Shown piece by piece: positions 52,101 through 64,000 of a DNA stretch of 64,000 nt. The stretch is from Tubiluchus corallicola (taxonomy: Eukaryota; Animalia; Priapulida). The translations under genes were made by a program, and so were the position numbers. Positions within the stretch are counted from its first letter, which is position 1. Every line of letters starts with the position of its first letter. The stretch lies in assembly GCA_030141605.1 (NCBI GenBank), contig JAQGDQ010000220.1, forward strand, positions 101,786 through 165,785, given 5' to 3'. The notes under the pieces are model-generated. The model was not told the DNA's origin, made no database searches, and was given only the letters and a program-made list of their open reading frames with translations.

Positions 52101-55100
52101 TTCAACAAACAGTCGTTTATTTATTGTACTTTCCTGTCCAGACTGACAGTTGCTGTGGTATCATTAAACTTACAGTCTTGCTTGGGTGAGTGCTGGTCAT
52201 TTATGTTAGAAGTGGTTGTAATAAAAATACTTTTGTGAATTAATAATGACCCTGAAAGTTTTTAAACAACTTTGTGAAATACATATTAGGCTTTCTTCAG
52301 CAAATTTTATGGCAGAATGAGTAACTTTTTTACTGTTATTTATGAAATGTGAAATGAAAACACCTTAGCTTTTCTGCAACAATCATTATTCTGCCAGACA
52401 AAAAACTGGAAGCAATGGCAGTAATTTACGTAGGGTATCACATTGCGAATCCAGATATTTTCAGCCCTGGTAGCATCGTGTTAGTCATGTTCAGACATGT
52501 ATGCTTCCAGCTTAGCCAGGTAAATAGTCAAAAGCCGTCAATAGTCACAGAAGAAAACAGCCTCAGTGTCTTGGTGGTCACCCATCCATAAACGGAAGGT
52601 CGTTGATGTTGCTCAACTTTGGATATTAAATGTTTACCATTACAACACAGCTATTTACTTCATCCCAATGGTAATCGCTTCTCGCAGAAGTAAAAAAATT
52701 AAATTGATTTCAATTTACTTCTACAGTAGGCGCCATTTATTAGACTCATGGTTAATAGAATCATTCGCTTAATTGACTCAAAAACACCTTGTACAGGCTT
52801 GCTCCTATTCAAATGTGTAAATTAACTGTCGGTAGTTGACTCAAATAATTCCGCATAATTGACTCAATATTTTTCCTTCACGTACTTAAAATCTATAATT
52901 GCACATAGGAATTTTGGCATTGATTCGTTTCTAAAATTCATTTAATGGCTTTGCAATGCATACTAAGGTGATAAGTGGATGAGTCATACTCCCGTCGGCT
53001 AATTGATTTAGTTGGTTAATTGGGTCAAAACACCTCCATCCCAAAGTGAGTCTATTAAGTGGCACCTACTGCATCTTGTTTGCATTTTTGTAATAAATCA
53101 TTATTTGATTTCTATGTTTAGATTTTTAACTGTGGGTGGAAGTTCTACAAATTTTTTTGAACATTTTTAGGTACCGCGGGCCAAGCGAGAAGAACAAGAT
53201 ACATGCCATGGAGAAGAACGGACACAGAAAAGAAACCATTCAGCGACTACTTGAGAAAAGGATCAACAGAGACGAGACGAACACTGATGTGCACAAAAAG
53301 AGACGGAAAAAAGAACCGTCAAATGCAGAAGAAACTAAGAAAATTGTTCAGAGGAGCAAGACTGTGAATGTTGATCAGAGTGAGCGTCGTTTGTATCTGT
53401 TATCTAGTAATGATTCCTCTGAATATCACAGTAAGTGCAACGGTTTTGAAAAGATCAGTGTAACACCTGCAGTCAAGGAAGAAGTTAATTCTAATTCATG
53501 TGACGAAAACATATCTTACCAGAAGTCTCCCGCAAACCGTGTGATGATTGTTGCTGAAGAGCGTTGTGATACAGCTGGCGAAAAATCTAAAGTTGATAAG
53601 ATTAATTCTGAACCAAATTTGTCCATAAAAACTGAAGATTTTGGCAGTTGTGCTGTTGTAAAGAGCGCGACAGAAAATAACAGTAACAACTTTTCAAGAG
53701 GCGATGACTTTCAGTTGCTTGAAATCAGTGAAACGAAGAAAGGGAATGGTACTGAAGTATTGGACGATCACGAAAGCTATGAACTACCTAAAGAATGTGC
53801 AGAAACTGTAAATGTATCTAGTCTATCACCAGCACGTAGTAGTTTTTCAGGAAAGCCTCCAGAAATAAGCATGTCGCAAGAGGAAGAGAAAATTCGCCCT
53901 AAACTGTTTTGGAAAATGGAAAGATTTCATAATCAGATGGGAGGTGAAATGACAGTGAATAGTGCAGATATAAGTAAACATTCGGAATCTGGATCCGATT
54001 TTGCTTCAGTTTCGTGTAAAAGTGGCAGCAGCAAAGCTGAACGTAAATCGGATGATCAGCTAGCACTCGAGAACATTATGGGTGAAATCGGCAATGACGA
54101 GGATGCTCTCTGTGCCACGGACATTGCTCCGTTGCCGTTGTTCACATTCAACACTTCGGAGTCGGTAGAACTTGAACATGTCGACTTGAGTGCCTTACAA
54201 GATATCCTTCAGGACCTTGATGACAAAACTCTGGTTAAAGCGGTACCGTCCGGCGCGGAAACAGGCCACGACATCTGTGCCTCGCATTCGCCCGGTGCTA
54301 GTTCACATACGAGTGGCAGGTCTTCGCACACCAGCAGCGGTTCTCTTTCTTCATGTGATGGTTACGAGATACATGCCGACGTCACTGTTCGGCCGCATGC
54401 GATTGCCGTGCTTGATGTTAATGCAATGTCCGGTATTCGCAAAAGTGCGGCACTGAACGAGGGTAGCCACAATGTTAACAGGTATTTGAAAAAGTCCACC
54501 GTTTGGATGAGTGAGTATGAAATGCAAACACCGGTGGAAGAATTCAGTTTAAACAAAAAACAAGAACAAACTGTCTTTACGCCATCAGAGTCAAACAGCA
54601 GCAGTTCTTCAGCTGCCGCAGTAAGTTTTTCACCACCATCAAGTATTACAGAAAAAAGTTTGTCTGAACAACATACAACAGATGATTTTCAGTCTCCCCA
54701 TTCAGCTTCTTATTCAGTACAGAAATCACATCGTGTTGCTAATGTAGAAAATTCACAGCACAGATCAGAAACAGGACTGCAGGCTGTCACAGATAGCAGC
54801 TGTCCTGCGCATCGTTATTCCGTAAGCCGTTCAAAAACGGAGATGAAAGATTTAAAATGTTTTGGTGAACCTAAGATCTCTGAGTCCGATCCTAATGGAA
54901 GTGTGAAAATACCCTTAGTGAGTTCATGTGAAGGTGTTCATGCTAAGGTATATACTTGTGATGCTTATCCGGTGTTATCCCATCAGTTACATGCTGATGC
55001 GTCGCCTGGTAACCCTGAGGATGTGCAGGATGCTTGTGAAGAGTCTGCGAATGATGGTTTGCAGAAGGGCATAGATGAGTTATTCGATGAGCACGGTGCA

Positions 55101-58100
55101 CTACGGCATGTCTCAGTAGGTGAGTAAATGTCCCGCGTACCCTTTTCAAAGAAAATGTGCAAGTGGGATGGCTTGATTGCATCTGCTTTTGATCGCTAAT
55201 GGTCGAGTTAAACAATGATAATCTGGGCAGTAAAGGAAAGCCAACGGCTTTGAAAATCGTTTAAGATGGTTTTATTTTGCCATACCACTTCTGGCTCTTT
55301 ATCTTGTTGAGGGAAATTTATGTTAGTGTTTCCACCGGGTATTTTTTCATTTCAGTTTTTCAATTTATTTCGTAAGATAAACATCAGATGCATTTACATC
55401 ACGAAGTACATAAATTAATAGTAATTCTTAAAGCAAGTACAGATGCAAATATTAATTTTAGCGTTGGAGACTTAGGAAGCAAATAGGCCACCAGAATTAG
55501 TAACGAAAAAATGTTTATTAATAACATATTACTTATAGTTTAGAAGAGTTATAATAGGTGTTAGTAATAATTCATAATTACGATATAAACTGACCGGTGC
55601 AGAAAATGAAAAATGTTTCAACATATTCACTAGGCATTTGTGGAGGAGACAACACTTAATTAGACTATATGGAAGTGTATACTCCAGAGGAGAACTGTAA
55701 TATACACCTCCATATAATTCTACCCAGTTCCAACATTGAAAATTCAGACATTGATAATATCATAGCCATTGTTTAAGAATTTAAAGTTTAAATACATCCT
55801 CTGCTGTTCACTGTTGGCAGCATGCCAGGCCAACAGTGCATGTTTACAATGAATAGTTGGCATTCCTGGCTTATTCTCGTTATCAGCTCTGCTAACCAGC
55901 AGGTGCACAGAATGGCTTCAGTAAAGAAAATCAATGCGTGGAAGTACTTTGATTGTTAAATGAATTGCTAATTTTAGCACTGCACCAAAAAGGATGATGT
56001 AGATTATTATATTTCCCTATGCCCTAAACTGTAGCAATAGTGCTCAGTGCAGTACCTAGGCTGACATAACTGACTCATTGATAAAGTGTTCTATATAAGT
56101 AATTCTTAAGTCTAACAGTTAAGGGCAACAGTCAAATGCCTTGGGTGGCAAAACACTAACTTTTGTGACTCACAGCTCGTATTGTTCAGGCTCTCAGCCT
56201 GTAATAACTGAATTCTTATTGCTAAGATAATAGTGCAGTTAGATGAAATGCACTAGCAGTTGTTTTTGTTTGCAGCTATGAATGATTTTAATTTCTTTGC
56301 TGCCACTGAATCTTAACAATTGAATAACCGAATGCAATTAAGATACAAAAACAGTTTAGTTTCTCATTTTAGAAACTTTTCCTTGACAAAGGGCTAGATC
56401 CCCATCCTGTTACAGCCATCTACATTGAGTAGAACTTATCCTGAATGCTGAACTGAAGCTTTCTATTTTGTATGCGTGCAATGTATGTATTTTTTACAAA
56501 AATTGCTCAGAACGTAAAATACTTGGATTGTTTTCTCAGAATGTACTTTCATTGGTTTTTGAAATCTGATATTTTATCCTGGATTTTCCCACATTAAGCA
56601 CAACGGCTTTGTATGAGCAATCCAGCTTTTTGGAAATCCCACCTGTGGAATTAATTACGGGAAAATAATTCCCCTGTTAATGACAAAGGACCAGCTTTAA
56701 GAGGATTGTCAATAGATCCATGCACCACCAAGCAATTAGCTGTTTTTGTTTTTCTGCTGTAGCATTTTACCCTGAGTGGCGACTGGTTTGTTTAGGGCAG
56801 CTACGTAAAAAAATCATAAATAATTTAAATTAATTTATAAGAAAGTGAAATCACAAAGTAAATTTTGACACTGTTTTTATTCATTTTATTTTAACAGGAT
56901 TGGCTAACTATTTACAGCTTACTGATGAAGAGAATGCCATTGTTGCTGGCTTGCTAAAAGCCGACGCTCCTTTATTTAACGTGATTCCACCAGGAGGTAT
57001 GATGACTGCACGACATGATAAGACTTTATTGTTATATAATCACACACATGCATCACATTGATATGTAGCTTACATCAGCTTAAATCTATAATCATGCGTA
57101 AGCACTACATTGATTTCTAGCAATTTTCTGCACTGATGTTCTATTTTCAGTGCATTGCTCTTACCTGATCGTAGCCACAGGATTATTATCTTATGAAATC
57201 AATATTATGTTGGTTACTAATAACTGTGTAAGCTAGCAAGAAAATCTAACAAACAGATCTCAGAAGGATCATAATTGCATTCTTGTGAATTTATGTGCTG
57301 TTCATTCAGCTAGCACTGAGTAAAATAGCTGATGTGTTTGACAGAAGTGTAGTGGATACAGTTTCACCCGGATGTTCTTATGCCCAGTCTAAATAAAGTT
57401 CACCCAAAAGCTGATAATCTTTTCCAGCAAATAATCTCACGAGTACTTTACATACTCTTACTGACAAGCTGGCAATCTAATGGGTGCTCTAGATATTCTG
57501 TACCAACAAGCTGATAGTCCCACGGATACTCTAGATAATCTATCCCCAAACAGATACCAATTACTCTAGATAATCTTTACTAACTCCTGATAATCTCACG
57601 AGTACTCTAGATAATCTGACGAACAAGTTCATAATCTCATGAGTACGCTAGATGATCTTACAAACAAGCTGATAATCTCGTGAGTACTCTACGTAATTTT
57701 TCTGACAAGCTGACAATCTCATGAGCGCTGTAGATAATCTTGACTGACAAGCTATTAATCTTACGAGTACTCTAGATAACCTTAGGAACAAGCTGATAAT
57801 CTCATGATTACCCTAGATAATCTTTACCAATGATCTGATAATCTCATTAGTGCTCTAGATAATCATTACCAACAAGGTGATAATCTCATGAGTACCCTAC
57901 GTAATCTTTATCAGCAAGCTGATAATTTCACTATTACTGTAGATAATCTTTTCCAACAAGCTGATTATCTCATGAGTACTCTAGATAATCTTACGAACAA
58001 GCTGATAATCTCATGAGTACTTTTGGTAATCTTGACTGACAAGCTCATAATCTCATGAGTACTTTAGATATTCTTTACCAACATGCTGTTAATCTCACGA

Positions 58101-61100
58101 GTAATCTAGATAATCTTACAGACAAGCTGATAATGTTACTATACTAGATAATCTTACTCGATAATTTACATTCATTCGCCACCCCTTCACCTATAGTAAT
58201 GAAAATTAATATTAATATGTTTTATTTTGTTTCAATTTTTGCACTGTACTAATATTTTTTGCTAACAAGGAAATATAAACAAATTCTAATTGTAATTCTG
58301 ATTCTTTACCAACAAGCTATTAATCTTACGAGTACTCTAGATGATCTTTACCAACGATCTGATACTCTCAAGAGTACTCTAGATAATCGTTACCAACAAG
58401 TTGATAATCTCATAAGTACTCTAGATATTCTTTCGAACAAGCTTATAATCTTATGAGTACTCTAGATGATCTTTACCAACAAGTTGTTAATCTCACGAGT
58501 ACTCTGGATAATGTTACAGACAAGCTGATCATCTCACGAGTATTCTAGATAATCTTTATCAACAAGCTGCTAACTTCAGGCGCACTGTAGATAAAACAAG
58601 TTTACAAGAGGGGTTGGGTAGCCAAAATGGTTGACCTTTCTTTGTTTCAGACTGACGTTTCCCTTCACTTGTAAATGCAATTCTGTCTTCTTTAATGCAT
58701 ACAATAGTTATCTCCTAATGCAGTTATTTTTTGTGGTTTCATTTCAAATACATAGAAACTGCAATGCTAACATGACGCAATTATTGATTTTGTCCCTTTG
58801 TGTGACATTAGGTGATATAAAAAATAGGAAACAACTGAAAATGTATGGTTTTATCCTAAATTTAGTCAATTTTAGCCAGTAGGAAACTATCTCTTAAAAC
58901 AAGGCTGCAACTCTTTAATGCATATGTAACTGGTATCTTCATGTACAACAGTGAAATGTGGGACTTAACTGCAATGCAGGAAGCAGACATAGATGTGTTT
59001 CACAGAGGCCTACTCTGAAAAATCTTTTAAACAACCTCCAGGGAAACTAAAAAAGAACTTGGATATCAAGAATTGATAAAGATTTTTGTAACAGCTGAGA
59101 CCAAACTTAATAATTGCATCATAGGAAATGAAAATTTTAGATGTAGACAGGAAACAGTGGAGTGCTCTAATGAAGGATAGAGTCTACAATATATGTTTAG
59201 AGCAACAGAAGAAGAAGAAGAAGAAGAAGAACTGAAATCAATTAAACCGTTTCCTTGAGGATTTTGCTCAGGTGGCAACAATTATCAAGGTTTATACTAA
59301 AGCTTGTGGGAATGTTACTGATTTTGTTGCAACATGTATTGCCAGGGGCATAGCCAGGTTCTAGAGTTAGGGGGAAGCACATAAAAAGGCGCCTTGATAC
59401 ATGCTAAACAATTTTTAATGCATTGATTAGATATTTTGTATGTAAAATTAAAACACGAGGAAGATACAGTTCTAAAGGAAGTGCTCAGGTTGCAATAATT
59501 ATCAAGGTTTATACTAAAGTTTGTGCAAATGTTACTAATTTTATTACTACATGTATTGCTAGGTGCATGGCCAGGTTTTAGAGTTCTGGGGAGCAAGCAC
59601 ATAAAAAAAAGGTGCGGTGATACATACCAAACAATTTTTAGCGCATTGATTAGGTATTTTGTGTGTAAAATGAAAACACGCGGAAGATACAGTTCTAAAG
59701 GAAGTACGTAATTGTTTTCGATTGAAAAGTAGGCATCCAGTCTCTGACATTTTGACGATTTTTTTTCTCGGTTCACAACTTGTTTCATCTTCTTAGTGTT
59801 TTTCTCCAGGTTGGTCAAATAAAGTTGCGTAAATGCATGCTCATTTCAAGAACATGGGAGGCAGGTTGGTCAAATAAAGTAATGACTCCATTGTTGAAAA
59901 GGTGCCGGTTTTGCTCCCCTTGCTCCCCTATTAGCTACTCCACCAAGATACTCCCCCAAGAATGTAAATTTTCCTTCGGGTAAATATGTGTATTATGCTC
60001 TTCCTCTTCATCATTCAATATTTGTGCTATATTAAGGCTTAATTATTTATTACCTGTGTATTACACAGCATGTGACATAATTCTAGGTTTTGCTGGAAGC
60101 GGTGGCTTGCAGCTGGGAATGATTAGCTGTTTCCTTCGCCATGGCAACCTGACATTTACGCAGATTGTCAATTGGAGTAAAAAAATACCAGGTAAAATGA
60201 CTTGCATGTTATGAAAAAACTATGTATTATTTTTTATGCAGCGTGTATAGGTAAGTTTAAAGGAAAGGACAAGTCATTTAGCATGTTGTGTTTATTTTAC
60301 TATTATCACTTAATTGTTAAACATTGAAATTTACAAAAAATTGTCTATAAATATAAAGTTAATTTATACTACCGCTGGTGCAGGTGCAGTAATAGCCGCT
60401 GTTCACTTGAAAAACTATGATGTAGTTGGTGAACTTCGCGACTTTTGTTAAGCGCATTGTCCCTTTCATGCAAAAATGTCACAAACTTAGCTGCTTAATT
60501 TTTTGTAAAACTTAAGTATATCATGTATTAATGATATAATTGGTGGAAGAATGGGTGTTCAAAATGGAAGCACCCAAGCGCGAAATGATCGCAACGTTAA
60601 AGTGATTTTGCTAACTACATGAGGCACTTATTATACTTTTATTACAGTAGGTACTGCTTAATAGACTCAATCATATAATTGACTCAAAAGCGCCTGGTAC
60701 GGGCCACTTCTATTCAAATGTACATAAAAACTGTCGGTAATATATATATATATATATATAAAATATGTTTTAAAATGCTTTGCAATAAAAAATACACAGT
60801 AAAGAATACAAAAGTAAAAATAAAATACTACTTACAAAAATTTCATTTACAGTAAGCTCACACAGAGAAAGTAAAATCATACATTCTAAAATACTTTATA
60901 ATAAAGTGAAAAAGTAAAAAACATCCATTGTAAAATAATCTGAATAAACAATATAATTAATTGAAAGTAATGTGTTGATTGACATGCCTAGGAATATGCC
61001 TGAGTAAATGGCCAACTTTTCAAATTTGATATGAAATTACAGGTGGTCATCAACTTAATAATCACAATCGGTTCTAGTTGATTAATCATAAGACAAATCA

Positions 61101-62969
61101 CATGCAAGTCTCGCCCGTACATTCAAGTCCTGCACCCCCTACACGCAAGCCTTTGTAGAGTATGTGTACATGGATTAAGTATGGCAGCGCCTACACATGA
61201 ATATATTGAAACAGATAGGTGAAGTCAAACAGTCATAAGTTGCCCTTCATACGTCGACGACTACCTGTACTGCAGTTGTGAGTGAATGTAGGGCCAGTTT
61301 TAAGCCAATTATGCAGATTTGTTCAAATTAGGCTCCACGCACACACTCGCCGCGGAAGATGCTGTGATGAATTGATGAATTAATGAGTCTCTTGATAGCA
61401 TGAGACTTTCTTGATACTGTGAAGGTAGTGAAATTATTCAGTTTGTCCTCATATATCTGTTTCAATGTTTTTTGCTGATCGTTTTATTTATTTGTTTTGT
61501 AATTTCAGTTTATAGTCGCCATTTACTTTTTAAAAAAGGTAATTAGCGGGCCTTATATGCATTAATTAGATCGTCACTGGATTATAATTTGCTAATTCAA
61601 GGATAATATTCAAATACTCAATACAGATATCATTCTAGCATATATTTGTGGCTAATAGTTGAGCCTTAAGCCCTCAACTTTTTTTGGCTGAGACTGTTGT
61701 ACTACGTAAAGCATAAAGCATCAATCATAGCTTTTGTAGGGTAGAAGACCCCTCTAACAATTTTCTAATTCGGCCCCTCACTTCCTAGCACCGGCCCTAA
61801 GTGAATGAAAGATGAAGCCATGTTTTTGATTCTTGTAAGTTGAATGTTCAGCTGTTGTGCGCTGTGGTTGAAATACAGGAAATTTAAGGCATATGTTGTC
61901 ATGCATCTTCTTTGGCTTCCTTGCTAAGTTATCTTGCAAAATTAAATCCATTTTGGCGGGTGTTTTAATTTTTCATTTTTAATGTCTTCAATAATTTAGG
62001 CATTATTATTTTTAAAAATTTTGTGATTGCTAAGCATGAGAATGCAGGGTGTGAAGAGTTACATAACTTTGTTTCTTTTTACTTGCCATTTGGTAATGAT
62101 TGCACATTGTGATCTGAGAAGGCAGTGTAGTTGTTACTGCCTGGTTCAGTTTATATGCAGTAATTGACTGGGAAAGTTGCAAAATGTGAGTGGATGCAGC
62201 ACGGCAAATAATGAGTTATCGATGAGATTTGACGAGGAAAAGAGGCTGTTGATGTTAATTAGGTGTGAAACAGGTTGTTATTGAGTCTCTCTGTGGTTCT
62301 GCCCGTGAATGTGGTGTAGTACATTGCATTGCTTACAATAGTTAACGGCTTAGTGTTCGACATTTGTTTATTTCAAGATAAAACACTTTTCTAACCTGAC
62401 TGTTCCAAATATATCACTATGATACAATATGATAACTTTTCCAATGAGCCAAGTTTGCCTAACTTAGAAGCAGGTTAGATGTCTGCTTCACCAGAGACTA
62501 AGTGTGAAATAGTTAGAGAATTTATTGAGTGACTGCCAGTGTCAGCTTTTTCGCTATAATTTTTAACAGCCAATGCTTCACTAAATCAGGAAGCTTTTTT
62601 AATTAGGTGACATTTCTTGTGTGACGGCTGATACAGACAATCGCTAGATTGGTGTCCTAGTTGTAAGCTTAGTGCCAGCTCCAACAAGGCCAAGAAAGTA
62701 AACTTGTCGAAAAAAATCACTATACGTATAACAAGCTTGTTATTAATGCTGTCAATAATGGCTTCAACAGGTTTACACCAGCCACTACAAATTAGTTAAT
62801 ACTGAGTCAATTTTTTACGTGTTTTAGGTTTTTCTGCACTACCACTAATGGATCAAATTCTCTTTATGAAAACTTACTGGGTTGACATGCTGTGTATGAC
62901 TGCGCTCGGCCACTCCATACGATACGCAGGAGAGAAGTACGTGTTCACTGGAGATATGATCCTCTCAAG
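49166..62969 (+). CDS. Divergent estrogen-receptor-like nuclear receptor (NR3), 3'-incomplete. Exons 49166-49234, 49605-49689, 51709-51838, 53171-55119, 56898-56996, 60087-60191, 62828-62969
   Basis: C4 zinc fingers [31 protein letters not shown] / [30 protein letters not shown] carry the ER-type P-box CEGCKA. LBD helices read [45 protein letters not shown] and [11 protein letters not shown]. Introns between the fingers, at PG|F and after ILSR match vertebrate ER intron positions. Confidence 0.9.
49940..50730 (+). mobile_element. MITE family A, full-length copy
   Basis: TA|CAGTAGTCATCGCTTAACAAAACC ... GGTTTTATTAAGCGGTGACTATG|TA. TA flanks are typical of Tc1/mariner/pogo elements. Confidence 0.82.
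50928..51624 (+). mobile_element. Non-autonomous hAT (Charlie/SPIN-like) element with a transposase C-terminal remnant
   Basis: Perfect 8-bp TSD CTGTAGAG (50920-50927 and 51625-51632) and TIRs CAGGGGTGGGCAAA / TTTTCCCACCCCAG. ORF 51155-51346 ([26 protein letters not shown]) resembles the hAT dimerisation motif. Confidence 0.88.
52724..53071 (+). mobile_element. MITE family B copy
   Basis: TIRs CAGTAGGCGCCATTTATTAGACTCA ... TGAGTCTATTAAGTGGCACCTACTG. Confidence 0.78.
57411..58590. repeat. 41-42 bp minisatellite (CTGATAATCTCATGAGTACTCTAGATAATCTTTACCAACAAG), roughly 25 copies, split by an unrelated segment of about 130 bp near 58165-58295
   Basis: Directly visible tandem units in a nuclear receptor intron. 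Confidence 0.93.
59343..59945 (+). mobile_element. hAT-like element whose left end is tandemly duplicated together with its flank
   Basis: Homologous to 36429-36905. A direct duplication of about 217 bp lies at 59266-59482 and 59483-59705. Confidence 0.7.
60645..60740 (+). mobile_element. MITE family B, left-end fragment
   Basis: CAGTAGGTACTGCTTAATAGACTCA...TATTCAAATGTACATAAAAACTGTCGGTA matches the sequence from 52724 onward, then stops at a (TA)n tract. Confidence 0.65.
61040..61267. mobile_element. Tigger-like MITE
   Basis: TA|CAGGTGGTCATCAAC ... GTCGACGACTACCTG|TA. Confidence 0.6.
61289..61799. mobile_element. Non-autonomous hAT element
   Basis: Perfect 8-bp TSD AGTGAATG (61281-61288 and 61800-61807) and TIRs TAGGGCCAGT / ACCGGCCCTA. 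Confidence 0.8.
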
Positions 62970-64000
62970 GTAACTGGTGAATAAATTGACAGTTAACATT
63001 GTTACACGTTGGTTCGGTTTCAAATACGTACTTGCAGTTGTTGCTAGAGTCTTCAAGTATACGTAGTTGTATTTGCAGTTCAAGTGGGAGTTTAGAGCAG
63101 CTTGTGTGTGGTTTTGTGCAACAAAATGGAAAATTTTTATCATTCTTCTGAAAGTCAAATCTCTATTATGGAGTTTACACGAAACCAACGCAGGTTGTAT
63201 CCGGTCACTAACCAATTAATTAATAACAAAAGCGGCATTCGTCCACCACTAGGTAGCTCTTGTGGCGGCTGTGTCAATATTGCTGAGCTGTTGCATTATG
63301 TATCGGGGGTGTGCATCAGGCGCGCAGTAGACAATAATGTAGAATATTTTGACATTTGTAATTAAGTCTGCTCGTTTTCAGCACTACACTGGTATAACTG
63401 GCATTGGGGACTTTCACACCTTTTTTCCTTCAGGTACCTCTGCTTCATATTTTTCCAAACATCCATGGTGATTTAACATGTTTTGGCCATTTTGCAGTAT
63501 TTTAAGTAATGCGGTGCAAAATTTGTTTGCGCAAATCTACACTAATGAATATTCCCGTTGCCTAAAGCAGCATGAAGCTAATTTGTTTAACACCTGCCAC
63601 AACACTTGCAATGGGACTAGCCTGTTGTTTAGTTGATTAGCCACAATCGTTGTTAATCAGATGTTACATATTTTCTCACAATAGCGAACAATAGGGCTTA
63701 CACACGGTTTCAACCACTGTAGCCTTCGTGTAAACTCCATATATTTGATGTTATATCATTTAGTTGTCTTTAGGACACAAATTATCCAAATTGGTTTTGA
63801 TTCTAATTTAAGGTGAGGTATTAATTCAGCATTCATTAACCCTGTGATAGATGAGTGAATTTGACATTCCGCAGTCAAACTGGAGTTACAGAACTTGAAA
63901 TGTTACTAATTATGAAGATGACGTATCGAGTGGATATAAAGTACTGTTGCAGAAATTTGGAAGCTTTGCATGTCATTTATTTTATTAAAATTATGCAAGA

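Noticed and set aside
57411-58590. CRISPR-like appearance of regularly spaced, partly palindromic repeats (also 14279-14555 and 39288-39619)
   Set aside because: The units are contiguous with no unique spacers, there are no cas genes, and the context is eukaryotic. They are minisatellites.

Overview
AT-rich, intron-containing genomic DNA from an invertebrate animal, most likely a protostome judging from the Drosophila-like alpha-catenin. It is not prokaryotic, so most entries in the ORF track are exon pieces or noise. Five spliced genes could be rebuilt by hand from GT-AG boundaries with consistent reading phase. (1) The 3' half of alpha-catenin (+, 9 exons, stop at 7598). (2) A complete 8-exon SPAG17/PF6 central-pair protein gene (-, about 2203 aa). 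(3) A complete 9-exon NSA2 ribosome-biogenesis gene (+, 260 aa), head-to-head with SPAG17 across 204 bp. (4) A complete 3-exon C3orf38/DUF4518 homolog (-, 286 aa). (5) The 5' part of a highly divergent estrogen-receptor-like (NR3) nuclear receptor (+), which runs off the window. The receptor is the most unusual element: it has an ER-type P-box, almost no A/B domain, a hinge of about 650 aa, and substitutions at both canonical estrogen A-ring anchor positions. Introns hold many non-autonomous DNA transposons (Tc1/pogo-like MITEs, hAT elements with 8-bp TSDs), degenerate and nested LINEs, 5S-rRNA-like SINE fragments and tandem repeats. RFX X-box motifs lie at the 5' ends of both SPAG17 and the receptor. 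All homology calls come from recalled reference sequences, not from searches.
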